A stretch of DNA of 62,914 bases, filler included, from Octopus bimaculoides (GCF_001194135.2; 5 parts of 5 records of this genome joined end to end with filler, not necessarily neighbours in it); one strand, 5' to 3'. Numbered from the whole stretch's first letter, positions 49,451-62,400 are shown. Made by a program: numbers and translations. Notes: a model not told the origin generated them from the sequence alone.

Positions 49451-50373
49451 GAACACACTCATATATACGTATATGCATGTATGCAGGTAGATAAATGTGT
49501 AGATGGGTAGGTACACGCTTGTGTGCTATTTTTGAAGTGTTAATGCGTATATATGCATATGTATGGAGTTTATATTTATGAATATATCTATATCTATATC
49601 TATCTATCTATCTATATATNNNNNNNNNNNNNNNNNNNNNNNNNNNNNNNNNNNNNNNNNNNNNNNNNNNNNNNNNNNNNNNNNNNNNNNNNNNNNNNNN
49701 NNNNNNNNNNNNNNNNNNNNNNNNNNNNNNNNNNNNNNNNNNNNNNNNNNNNNNNNNNNNNNNNNNNNNNNNNNNNNNNNNNNNNNNNNNNNNNNNNNNN
49801 NNNNNNNNNNNNNNNNNNNNNNNNNNNNNNNNNNNNNNNNNNNNNNNNNNNNNNNNNNNNNNNNNNNNNNNNNNNNNNNNNNNNNNNNNNNNNNNNNNNN
49901 NNNNNNNNNNNNNNNNNNNNNNNNNNNNNNNNNNNNNNNNNNNNNNNNNNNNNNNNNNNNNNNNNNNNNNNNNNNNNNNNNNNNNNNNNNNNNNNNNNNN
50001 NNNNNNNNNNNNNNNNNNNNNNNNNNNNNNNNNNNNNNNNNNNNNNNNNNNNNNNNNNNNNNNNNNNNNNNNNNNNNNNNNNNNNNNNNNNNNNNNNNNN
50101 NNNNNNNNNNNNNNNNNNNNNNNNNNNNNNNNNNNNNNNNNNNNNNNNNNNNNNNNNNNNNNNNNNNNNNNNNNNNNNNNNNNNNNNNNNNNNNNNNNNN
50201 NNNNNNNNNNNNNNNNNNNNNNNNNNNNNNNNNNNNNNNNNNNNNNNNNNNNNNNNNNNNNNNNNNNNNNNNNNNNNNNNNNNNNNNNNNNNNNNNNNNN
50301 NNNNNNNNNNNNNNNNNNNNNNNNNNNNNNNNNNNNNNNNNNNNNNNNNNNNNNNNNNNNNNNNNNNNNNNNA

Positions 50374-50525
50374 CTCAGCAGTTCGGCAAAAATAACGATA
50401 GAATAAGTACCAGGCTTAAAAAATAAATACTGAGGTCGATTCATTCGACTAAAAATTCAAAGCACTGTCCCAACATGGCCGCAGTCTAATGACTGAAACA
50501 AGTAAAAGATAAAAGATAAAAGATA
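50374..50525 (+). mobile_element. SINE family C 3' half with (AAAGAT) tail
   Basis: gttcggcaaaa..gatagaataagtacc..catggccgcagtctaatgactgaaacaagtaaaag. Confidence 0.88.
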
Positions 50526-50849
50526 TATATGTATATATAGAAAGAGAAAGAAAACAAACATTGTATATATATATATATATATATACTACAACGTTTGAAG
50601 TTCACTTCACATTGATGAGTTGACGTTTCGTGATATCCTGAGGAAGTAGCATCATTCATATCATTACGTCAAAGCACTGAATTTCAAAGGGCCATCTTTC
50701 TCACACATCGTGACACATTGTTGGGAAATTTCTGGTAATATTTTGTTAAACATTTAAGTATGACATAATGAAAGAGATAGTTAAGGAAAGAGAAGGTATT
50801 CTCAACCTCACATGCTTACTTAAATACAACTCCAAATCAAATATGATTA

Positions 50850-51260
50850 GAAATTTCGTTGCCATAATAGGTAAACATTTCCCCATTAACTATCTCTATA
50901 GAAAATTATTTCACAAAGACTTCCTAAAAGTGAGTTGTAGCCGTATGCCAGGCACCAAATATTCTACAATGTACAAGCTAAGTATATAAAGGTTAATTTG
51001 ATATACATGGTGATATACTAATCTATGTCCACTCGAGAAGTCGTACAATGCAAAGGTGAAAATATCTAAAGAAGGCATCACCAATACGAAACAGAGCAGA
51101 ACCAAAGCATGTAGACATTGCATTGATATAGTGAAAGTTAGCGCTGAGCAGAGTTAATTTGAACCACACATCATCGTTTGGAAAAAGTCGGAATAAAACA
51201 ACATTCACAAGTTATATCTGGTAGATAAGAAATTTGATGCTAATTTGACAAAATTTGAAG
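50850..51260 (+). mobile_element. Penelope-like element linker and endonuclease-side fragment, decayed
   Basis: IIGKHFPINYLYRKLFHKDFLKVSCSRMP resembles LIDKHFP..H.LHKIFNRNT.K.SYSCMP; later VVQCK and YIW remnants. Confidence 0.55.
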
Positions 51261-51314
51261 TCCCATAGAAGATTAGACGATATATTAATGGGTTTAAAGC
51301 CTTAGATTTACTCC

Positions 51315-51751
51315 TTTTTTTACTCTTTTACGCGTTTCAGTCTTTTGACTGTGGCCATGCAGAAGCACCGCTTTTAGTCGAGCAAATCGACCCCAGGACT
51401 TATTCTTTGTAAGCCTAGTACTTACTCTATCAATCTCTTTTGCCGAACCGCTAAGTTACAGGGGACGTAAACACACCAGCATCGGTTGTCAAGCGATGTT
51501 GGAGACAAACACACAAACATATACACATATACATACATATATATATATATATATANNNNNNNNNNNNNNNNNNNNNNNNNNNNNNNNNNNNNNNNNNNNN
51601 NNNNNNNNNNNNNNNNNNNNNNNNNNNNNNNNNNNNNNNNNNNNNNNNNNNNNNNNNNNNNNNNNNNNNNNNNNNNNNNNNNNNNNNNNNNNNNNNNNNN
51701 NNNNNNNNNNNNNNNNNNNNNNNNNNNNNNNNNNNNNNNNNNNNNNNNNNN

Positions 51752-51788
<37 letters not shown>

Positions 51789-51885
51789 TACAACGGGATT
51801 CTTTCAGTTTCCGTCTACCAAATCCACTCACAAGGCTTTGGTCGGCCCGAGGCTATAGTAGAAGACACTTGCTCAAAGTGCCACG
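51315..51885 (-). mobile_element. full-length SINE family C with internal (AT)n and gap
   Basis: 3' half at 51315-51520, internal AT microsatellite and N run, 5' half at 51790-51885 (ttctttcagtttccgtctaccaaatccactcacaaggctttggtcggcccgaggctatag). Confidence 0.9.
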
Positions 51886-52075
51886 CACACCGGGCGAAAT
51901 GCTTAGCGGTATTTCGTCTGTCTTCACGTTCTGTGTTCAAATTCCGCCGAGGTCGACTTTGCCTTTCATCCTTTTGAGGTCGATAAATTAAGTATCAGTT
52001 GTGTACCTGGGTCGGTCTAATCGACTGGCCCTCTCCCCAAACAAATTCGGTCCTTGTGCCTAGAGTAGAAAAGAA
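51886..52075 (+). mobile_element. SINE family A (5'-truncated) abutting the family C head
   Basis: caccgggcgaaatgcttagcggtatttcgtctg...ccttgtgcctagagtagaaaag. Confidence 0.9.
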
Positions 52076-52649
52076 TATATTGTTCTATATGTAATATATA
52101 TATAATATATTCTTTCATCGGCTTCAATCATCGACTGTTGTCATGCTGGACATTATATCCCTATGTGTATTCGATTACATCGACTGATCGATATTTATGG
52201 AATCACCCCGTTGTTTTGTCTCTGTATAAGTCTATGTACGTATATAGACATGTATCTGTAGATGTGTGTGTGTCTATGTGATAGTCTGTGTATGTGTGTA
52301 TATGTATGTGTATACTTGTGTTTGTATACATATAAAGTGCACTTCTGTATATATTGATGGCAAAGCTGTTGTTTTTTTACATTATTTGAGACTATGCTCT
52401 TTGATATTAAAGAAGATATCAAGATGATATAGCTATTTCTAGCAAATCAAAGGACTACATAGAGATTGTCTCTTTGGCTTGCATTTGTGTGGTCGTCGTG
52501 AGAGTAGTCACTAGAGACGTTAAAGCCTATCATTTCTTTTTAGGGACTTTCATGGTTTATAAATCTGCGTTACACATAATTAATATGGATATGCTACTCT
52601 ACCAGGTTATTTCGGAAGTCGCCCCTTTCTGCGCGCATAAAGTGAAGTG

Positions 52650-53100
<451 letters not shown>

Positions 53101-53453
53101 GCCAGCAGGTCGTTAACAAAGAAGATAACCGATTCCTGCTACGTGCGCGTGTGCCTGATGGTGAGGTCCGACAGGAAACACTAAAAAGCAGTGGATTAAT
53201 GATCACAGGACTTCCATATTTACTGGATAAATTATCATACCAGACACGGAAGAGAGGCTATCAAAGACATAAGCGTTTTCGCTTTATTGAAGTTCTCAGA
53301 AGCGAGATATCGTTATTGCAGGTCTCCGATGGATTTGACACAGCTGTGATCCTTGTTGGTGGTAATTTCCTTTCAATACGTCAGTCTTTCTCTCCATGTC
53401 TCCTCCTCCTCTGTCTCTCTCTCTTTCTTTCACTTTCTCTTTCTTTCTCTCTC

Positions 53454-53486
<33 letters not shown>

Positions 53487-53578
53487 TCTGTATACATATA
53501 TATATACACATATATATATGTGTGTGTGTGTATGTATGTGTGTGTATGTGTGTGTTAATGTGTAAAACTATATACTTG

Positions 53579-53609
<31 letters not shown>

Positions 53610-53896
53610 ACATGATATATACATACGTATTACATATATATATAAAACTTATATATACATATATACAATAAATATATATAGTTTTGTATGTATATGCAGA
53701 CATATATATACACTATATATATGTATATATATATATATATGTATATATATGTATATGTATATATATGTATATATATGTATACATATATATATATATNNNN
53801 NNNNNNNNNNNNNNNNNNNNNNNNNNNNNNNNNNNNNNNNTTAATTAATTAANNNNNNNNNNNNNNNNNNNNNNNNNNNNNNNNNNNNNNNNNNNN

Positions 53897-53948
<52 letters not shown>

Positions 53949-54189
53949 TCTCACATCTATTGTTACCTGTTTCTTTTTTTTTTGTTTTGGGAATGTGTAC
54001 GCTGTGGTAATTATATTAAAAAAATGTATTTTTAAATTCGCATTATTTGTATTTTATTTACTTAGTAAACGACTTAGGCTAATTGACTTAGACACGTGTT
54101 TGCCAGTTATAAACTGTTAGCTTTTCATTTCAAGGTTGTGAGGATGGTGGGTTAACCCACCCCGGCCACCTCCCTGGTCTGCTTTGCCG

Positions 54190-54345
54190 GAGGGGTGCCG
54201 CAATCAAATCGTTCCAACCATAACCATCTCATCTAATTATTAAACTGTCTTTTTATGGGGGTTTTTTAATCTCTTTTTATCTTTTTTTAATATCAAGGGA
54301 GACTTTGCTTTTATATCTAGCCAGGCAAGCGGTCACTTAGAGTCT
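54190..54345 (-). mobile_element. retroposon family H, partial
   Basis: gttccaaccataaccatctcatc..gagactttgcttttatatctagc..cacttagag. Confidence 0.5.
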
Positions 54346-54399
54346 CCCGTGTATATAATGGAAGTGAAGGAGTCCACTAGATTGTTTTGGCAAACGAAA

Positions 54400-54615
54400 G
54401 AGCTCGCCGCTAGTACGTGGTAGCTAGACATGCTAGAAATACCAGTCAATCTTCCTCAAATAACACCAAACCGCCTTTAGGAAGAGAGAGAAAAAATAAG
54501 AGCGACATATTTCATAAATGGCACTTTTAGACATCTGTATAAAGACGGGACGGTCATATTACCTCTGAACGTAGACCTGCTCAATCAAACGTGACGTGCT
54601 ACTTAGCAACAATAA
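54400..54615 (+). mobile_element. retroposon family H copy
   Basis: gctagaaataccagtcaatcttcctcaaataacacc..aaagacgggacggtcat..gacctgctcaatca. Confidence 0.65.
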
Positions 54616-55945
54616 GAGTATTTATAAGGATGGACGTCAGCGTTTTCTAGGGTAGATTTGTCCAGCTATTTTCTTCCTTTACAAAGCGAGTTAATGAATG
54701 GAACTGAAGACCAAGTTTTCAAACGATTATATAAACGATTATATATATATATTACACACACACAAGGTTAAGAAATAAAAGAACATAAAATCATTGGAAT
54801 CTTCCATAAACGAATTTGTCCATTGTGTAAGGCATGTACCTACATTAAATTGTTAAACAAAATAACAACATGCTTGGGGGACAAAGGAAAGAAAGTACAA
54901 CAGATTTTCTTCTTTTTCAATGTCGAATTTACCTTGGTGCAAAAGATATAATATAACAGGTTGTTTTTTTTATGAAAGTTACGAAAATCTTCATCTTTTC
55001 CCGTTGTTTCAGTAAATAACATACACATCCACAAAAAGAGGCCTAGCTTGTGGTATAATCTAGAAAACTGAATCTGTTGATCTATTAAGTATTTCAAATT
55101 CAATATTTATTATCTTAAAGTCTTCTCTGAAAGACAATGGAAGGGTCGATGAGAAGAACCATTGTTGGATTGTAGTTAGGGTGTCAGTTGGACTCAATCC
55201 GGCCCTGACGTAGGAAATACGTATGGAAACAAAACATACAGATGGGAAAATTTTCAAACAATAACATTCAGTAACAAGATTCTCTTTGTGAATCAAACGA
55301 GCGTCTTGTTGTCATTGTTATTGCCTTTTGTTCGGTTCATTCATGTTTATCTTTCAATTCTGATGAAAGAAAGAAAGAAAAATGTTAACACGAAACGTAT
55401 ATTAAAATACGCTCAAGTGTATATATTCGTCAGTTTTCTTGATTCATTGTTTTAACAAACTATGAATGAAGTTATATAGCAAAACAATTTTTTATAATAA
55501 TTGAAACAGTAAAGTCACCTGTTAAAACGCTACAAGTTTTTAAAGGAAAATAGAAAAAAGGTAGCATTCTTTTATCGGCCATAAAGGCCCAAGAGGTTGG
55601 AGATAGTAAGTACAATGGCTTAAGCCGATAAAAATAATGAATTAAATTGAAAAAAGGTTTCAATCGTCATCTTAAAATAGAAAACATACCATTATATACG
55701 CATAAATATAATCTGACTAACAGAGAAGCATCTAAACATACAATAAATAACAAAAATTCATCGTAATAACATTTATAAAATATTTATCACAAAAACAAGA
55801 ACAATAATACTTTACGATAATAACACGAAAGAAAGCATTTGAACATTAAAAAAAATTACTTTATCATCAACAAAAACAGCTGTACGAACGTTAAACATAA
55901 GGTGCAACGAAATAACACACCTCAAACTGATATTATTACATCGTA

Positions 55946-55976
<31 letters not shown>

Positions 55977-56086
55977 GTGCTGATACATACACAATACAAT
56001 ATTGCTTAATATTACCGAGTGAGAGCAAAAAGAAACATGAGTATGTAGGAAAATAATTGTGTAACTGGTTATAAACGTTTACTTAC

Positions 56087-56396
56087 CGATAAAGATAATT
56101 TTTGCAAAATAGCAGCGCAAGGCGGAAAACACACCATATAAAATCTATAGATATATATATATATATATAATATGTGTATATATTTATTATCTTTTATATA
56201 GGTATCTGTTTACTGCTGTTCGCTTGCTTATACATACATTGATAGAGAGAAAAAGTGAGAATGCGTGTGTATGAGCGGGAGAAGAGGCAACACAGCGTAA
56301 TGACAAAGTGCTTCAGGCTTCGGCTAAAACATCAACCTAAGCAGGTGTCTGCTTCTGTGACGTAATCGTTCGTCACTTCCGGGTCCAGTTACGTCA
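56087..56396 (-). promoter_or_regulatory. promoter-like CRE-ETS-CRE cluster and candidate first exon ending at a strong donor
   Basis: TGACGTAA 56358-65, CACTTCCGG 56374-82, TTACGTCA 56389-96; minus-strand donor TCG|GTAAGT at 56087/56086. Confidence 0.35.
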
Positions 56397-56604
56397 GATT
56401 TCTCAGCAATCAAGAAGGGGCTTTGTGTTGTTATTGTTGTTATTGTTGATGTTGTCCATACGATCCACGGTTGGATGTTGAGCTTCTATATGAAATTTCG
56501 ACTTGCGGTCAAATCTCCTTCTTCAAAGCACATGCACTGTCACCTTTAAATCAGGAAAGGACACGTGATATAATGTAATCCTACATACCATTAAAAACAT
56601 AACA

Positions 56605-56940
56605 GGTAGGGGATGTGTGGTTTAGAAGCTCGCTTTGCAGCCGCGTGGTTTCGGGTTCAATCCCACATCGTGGCATCTTGGACAAATTTATTCTACTATA
56701 AACCCGGACCGACCAATGCCTTGTTAGTAAATTTGCTAGAAGGAAACTGTGTGGAAGCCCATCGTTTGTATTTGTGTGTGTGTGTATGTGTGTGCGTGCG
56801 CGCGGGCGGGCGGGCCCCGCTTGACAATTGGTGTTGGGCATTTTTTTTTACGTACCTGTAACTTAGCGGTTCGGTAACAGACCCTGATAGAATAAGTACC
56901 AAACTTAAGTTACTGGGATTGGTGTGTTCGACTAAACCAG
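56605..56940 (+). mobile_element. full-length older SINE family C with internal (TG)n
   Basis: head tgtggtttagaagct..ggttcaatccc, CORE-like middle, internal GT repeat, 3' half aacttagcggttcgg..gatagaataagtacc. Confidence 0.85.
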
Positions 56941-57164
56941 TGGATTTTTCACCTTTGGACTCCCTCTGATTCTTATTTTACTTGGGATGGACCCTTATAA
57001 ACATTCCATGTTTTTTTAAAAATCCTATTATATTTTTACAATTAAATATTAAGATTTGTAGTAAAATTTTAAAAAAATATTTTGTGTATTGTAGAAATAG
57101 AGCCCAGTTATTGCACAGAAATTCTAACAACAAAATCTTATATGGACCCCCAAGGGCTATTTTC

Positions 57165-57300
57165 GGGTGAGGGGTAAGCCGATTACATCGAACCCAGAGA
57201 TCAACAGGTACTTATGTTCTCGACCCCGAAAAGATGAAAGGCAAACTGGAGCTCGGCGAAATTTGAAATCAGAACGTGGAGACAATAGACAAACTGGAGC
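57165..57300 (-). mobile_element. SINE family A (inverted partner of 57321-57507)
   Basis: gattacatcgaacccag..tcgaccccgaaaagatgaaaggcaaa..gaaatttgaaatcagaacgt. Confidence 0.85.
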
Positions 57301-57320
57301 GTTAAGTATTATATTTACTG

Positions 57321-57507
57321 AGGCAGCGAGCTGGCAGAATCGTTAGCACGCTGGACGAAATGCTTAGCGGTATTTCGCCCGTCGCTACGTTCTGAGTTCA
57401 AATTCCGCCGAAGTCGACTTTGCCTTTCATCCTTACGGGGTCGATAAATTAAGTACCAGTTACGCGCTGGGGTCGATGTAATCGATTATCCTCCTCCTCC
57501 CTTAAAT
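57321..57507 (+). mobile_element. SINE family A copy (cut by gap)
   Basis: aggcagcgagctggcagaatcgttagcacg...ggggtcgatgtaatcga. Confidence 0.93.
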
Positions 57508-58241
57508 TNNNNNNNNNNNNNNNNNNNNNNNNNNNNNNNNNNNNNNNNNNNNNNNNNNNNNNNNNNNNNNNNNNNNNNNNNNNNNNNNNNNNNNNNNNNN
57601 NNNNNNNNNNNNNNNNNNNNNNNNNNNNNNNNNNNNNNNNNNNNNNNNNNNNNNNNNNNNNNNNNNNNNNNNNNNNNNNNNNNNNNNNNNNNNNNNNNNN
57701 NNNNNNNNNNNNNNNNNNNNNNNNNNNNNNNNNNNNNNNNNNNNNNNNNNNNNNNNNNNNNNNNNNNNNNNNNNNNNNNNNNNNNNNNNNNNNNNNNNNN
57801 NNNNNNNNNNNNNNNNNNNNNNNNNNNNNNNNNNNNNNNNNNNNNNNNNNNNNNNNNNNNNNNNNNNNNNNNNNNNNNNNNNNNNNNNNNNNNNNNNNNN
57901 NNNNNNNNNNNNNNNNNNNNNNNNNNNNNNNNNNNNNNNNNNNNNNNNNNNNNNNNNNNNNNNNNNNNNNNNNNNNNNNNNNNNNNNNNNNNNNNNNNNN
58001 NNNNNNNNNNNNNNNNNNNNNNNNNNNNNNNNNNNNNNNNNNNNNNNNNNNNNNNNNNNNNNNNNNNNNNNNNNNNNNNNNNNNNNNNNNNNNNNNNNNN
58101 NNNNNNNNNNNNNNNNNNNNNNNNNNNNNNNNNNNNNNNNNNNNNNNNNNNNNNNNNNNNNNNNNNNNNNNNNNNNNNNNNNNNNNNNNNNNNNNNNNNN
58201 NNNNNNNNNNNNNNNNNNNNNNNNNNNNNNNNNNNNNNNNN

Positions 58242-58304
<63 letters not shown>

Positions 58305-58814
58305 GAGAGAGAGAGCAGTGGAATACATTTATGGTGAACTTTAGACAAACAAGCCAGTGACCAGCATGGCCGCAGTCCAATGACCAAAACAAATAAAAGA
58401 ACAGAAATTAAATTGCGTTATCAATAACAATATTATTGTTTAACTCTCAATGAATTAAAGATATAACATTGGTTAATGCGGGATCTGAACTCAGAACGCA
58501 AGGCATTCTAACTGGCAATCTAACGACTGACCCAAATACTTATATCAGTCAGCGTAGTACATAATACATTAGGGAAAGAAAAAGAAAGAAAAGGAAAGAA
58601 AAGAAAAAATAAATTAACTTGTTTGGTCCACATTTTCATTTTCAAGAGCCTTAGCATCAACCCCACCACCTTCGTCGCCGTCGTTATCATCATCATCATC
58701 ATCATCATCGTCGTCACCATCATCACCTCTGGTTGTTGGCGTCATCATCATCATCATCCTCAGCAGCAATGACAACAATAAATATTGAGGTATTGAATTG
58801 TACTTTTTTTCCGC

Positions 58815-58975
58815 CCTTCTAAAGCCTAGCCAGGCTCGTGGGCCTGGTTTCCCGGTTTCTACGGTGTATGTGTTCCCTCCAGCTGGACGGGACGCCAGTC
58901 CATCGCAGCGTTACCCAAGAAACAGGAAGAAAGAGTGAGAGAAAGTCGGGGCGAAAGAGTACAACAGGGGTCGCC
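58815..58975 (-). mobile_element. SINE family D 3' part with V-domain-like segment
   Basis: ggtttcccggtttct..ctggacgggacgccagtccatcgcag..aggaagaaagagtgagagaaag. Confidence 0.85.
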
Positions 58976-59379
58976 NNNNNNNNNNNNNNNNNNNNNNNNN
59001 NNNNNNNNNNNNNNNNNNNTTAATTAATTAANNNNNNNNNNNNNNNNNNNNNNNNNNNNNNNNNNNNNNNNNNNNGAAAACAGTTTTAAATACCGTGGGA
59101 AACGTGAGGCAGACGAATAAACAGCAGCAGAGTTTTTACAGGGAAACCAGTTGTTAACTTGTTGCTGCTGCTGCTGCTGTTGTTGCTGTTGTTGTTGTTG
59201 TTGTTGTTTGGTATGTGATGGTGGTAGTTGTTGTTGTTGGCGGTGACGAGGGAGAAGGGGAGGTCGATGTGTGGTGGTGGTGGTGGTGGGCTGTAAGTAC
59301 CCCGATGTTTACATTACGACGTCACCCACTCAACCTCACAACCTCCATCCTTGATTACTATTTGTGCCGCCGCCATGGG

Positions 59380-59854
<475 letters not shown>

Positions 59855-60764
59855 TTCCATAGTACTATTTCCGACATTACCGCATCGTCGCCATCACCAC
59901 CTCCAGCTGCTTCAAACGCCACCACCACACAACCACCATTACACGTTCTGACAGTCTGTGTTTGGTTCGCATGAAAGACAAACACTGAAAGCAAACATTT
60001 CAGGCTATTCTCAGATCTTGTCGTCATCGNNNNNNNNNNNNNNNNNNNNNNNNNNNNNNNNNNNNNNNNNNNNNNNNNNNNNNNNNNNNNNNNNNNNNNN
60101 NNNNNNNNNNNNNNNNNNNNNNNNNNNNNNNNNNNNNNNNNNNNNNNNNNNNNNNNNNNNNNNNNNNNNNNNNNNNNNNNNNNNNNNNNNNNNNNNNNNN
60201 NNNNNNNNNNNNNNNNNNNNNNNNNNNNNNNNNNNNNNNNNNNNNNNNNNNNNNNNNNNNNNNNNNNNNNNNNNNNNNNNNNNNNNNNNNNNNNNNNNNN
60301 NNNNNNNNNNNNNNNNNNNNNNNNNNNNNNNNNNNNNNNNNNNNNNNNNNNNNNNNNNNNNNNNNNNNNNNNNNNNNNNNNNNNNNNNNNNNNNNNNNNN
60401 NNNNNNNNNNNNNNNNNNNNNNNNNNNNNNNNNNNNNNNNNNNNNNNNNNNNNNNNNNNNNNNNNNNNNNNNNNNNNNNNNNNNNNNNNNNNNNNNNNNN
60501 NNNNNNNNNNNNNNNNNNNNNNNNNNNNNNNNNNNNNNNNNNNNNNNNNNNNNNNNNNNNNNNNNNNNNNNNNNNNNNNNNNNNNNNNNNNNNNNNNNNN
60601 NNNNNNNNNNNNNNNNNNTATATACATACATATATACATATATGTATACATATATGCTTACATACAAACACATATTTTCATATTTATATATATATAGATT
60701 TATGTGTGTATGTATGTATATATGTGCGCGGTTGCGCGTGTAGTGTGTGCATGTATGCGGACTG

Positions 60765-61010
60765 TTGCGTCATTGCTTTGACATCGTACGATAGTTGTAA
60801 ACGAGTGTCACCGTCATGCAAGCGGTGTTTCTTTCGTTTCCAACCTTCCGTGGATTCATGTTTGGTCATAGGAAAGTATTACCTTAGTTGGAAACAAATT
60901 AGGGTTGGCGACAGGGAATGCATCCGTCTGTAGAAAATCTGCCTCGGCAAATTTCGTACGACCCATGCAAGCATGAAATAATGAGCGTTAAAGCGATGAT
61001 GGTGGAAGTG
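60765..61010 (+). mobile_element. SINE 3' part ending in tail F
   Basis: gatagttgtaaacgagtgtcaccgtcatgcaagcgg..gggttggcgacaggga..cccatgcaagcatg..cgttaaagcgatgatg. Confidence 0.75.
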
Positions 61011-61054
61011 GTGGTGGTGGTGGTGACGAGGATGATGACGAAGATGGCGACTCG

Positions 61055-61255
61055 TGGTCAATCTTGATCAAGCAGGCATACAAAAAGCAAAAACATTGCA
61101 ACCGTGACCATCCCGTCTTTTGAAGGATATGTAGGTAGGACAGCATTGTCTAAAGTATCTGTTTCTTACTTGAGGCGATACGATGTGATTGGAGGACGAT
61201 TTGACTACTGTTTCTAGCATATCGACCGATAAAGTTAGAGAAGCAAACCTTTGAC
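61055..61255 (-). mobile_element. retroposon family H copy
   Basis: cttgatcaagcagg..ccgtgaccatcccgtcttt..gtgattggaggacgatttgactactgtttctagc. Confidence 0.65.
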
Positions 61256-61335
61256 GATTCTGAGAATGGGGCAGCGAAGAAGGAATTTTATCCAAATCTG
61301 AATCTCTGCGCACACGCGCGCGCGCAATTCTTTCC

Positions 61336-61393
<58 letters not shown>

Positions 61394-61835
61394 NNNNNNN
61401 NNNNNNNNNNNNNNNNNNNNNNNNNNNNNNNNNNNNNNNNNNNNNNNNNNNNNNNNNNNNNNNNNNNNNNNNNNNNNNNNNNNNNNNNNNNNNNNNNNNN
61501 NNNNNNNNNNNNNNNNNNNNNNNNNNNNNNNNNNNNNNNNNNNNNNNNNNNNNNNNNNNNNNNNNNNNNNNNNNNNNNNNNNNNNNNNNNNNNNNNNNNN
61601 NNNNNNNNNNNNNNNNNNNNNNNNNNNNNNNNNNNNNNNNNNNNNNNNNNNNNNNNNNNTCTCTCATTCTCCCTCTCTTTCTCTCTTTCTAACTCTCTCT
61701 CATTCTCTCTCTCCCTAACTCGCTCCCTCTCCTTCTATCTCTCCCCTTTCCCTTCCTCTTTCTCTCTCTCCTCCCTTTTTCTCTCCCTAAATCTCTCCCT
61801 CTCTATCCCTCCCCCTCTCATTCTCTCTCTCTCCT

Positions 61836-61873
<38 letters not shown>

Positions 61874-61883
61874 CCTATCTCTT

Positions 61884-61921
<38 letters not shown>

Positions 61922-62199
61922 TATCTCTCTCTTTCTGACTAATATGCAGGTGTTGTGCTGACGTCTTCAAATTCTGTTCCTCTTCCGTATCTATTGTAAA
62001 TCCTTGCAGACGATTATCATCTTTAATACTCAGATAGTTTGATTCTCTTGACGTTTGTTGCCTGCAGATAAAGATTAACACAAAATAAAACGAAGAGGTC
62101 ACTACGCAGTCACTGGATCTGCTAAAAATAGCAGCTAAGTTTACATACACCGCCTTGAAAGAAAACAAAAACGGAAAACAACACATATGCAATAATGTG

Positions 62200-62400
62200 A
62201 TTTTACTTGCTTCAGTCATTGGATTTCGACCATCGTGGGGCACCGCTTAAAAAGGTTTAGTTAAATCGATCGTAATACTTAATTTTCGAACTCTGGTACT
62301 TAATCTATCTGTCTCTACTGTCAAACCGCTAACGTTACGGGAATGTAAACAAAACAACTCCGGTTGTCAAGTGGAAACGGGGGACAAATCACTCAAATAT
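62200..62400 (-). mobile_element. SINE family C 3' half, old
   Basis: ttttacttgcttcagtcatttgga..ccatcgtggggcaccgc..aaaccgctaacgttacgg..cggttgtcaag. Confidence 0.8.

Noticed and set aside
50600-50670. Second hammerhead-like motif on the minus strand (..TGATG..GAAACGTC)
   Set aside because: The CTGANGA core is broken and stems I and II do not pair
53154-53182. cctgatggtgaggtccgacaggaaac as a hammerhead
   Set aside because: Core spacing is wrong and no stem I or III can be formed
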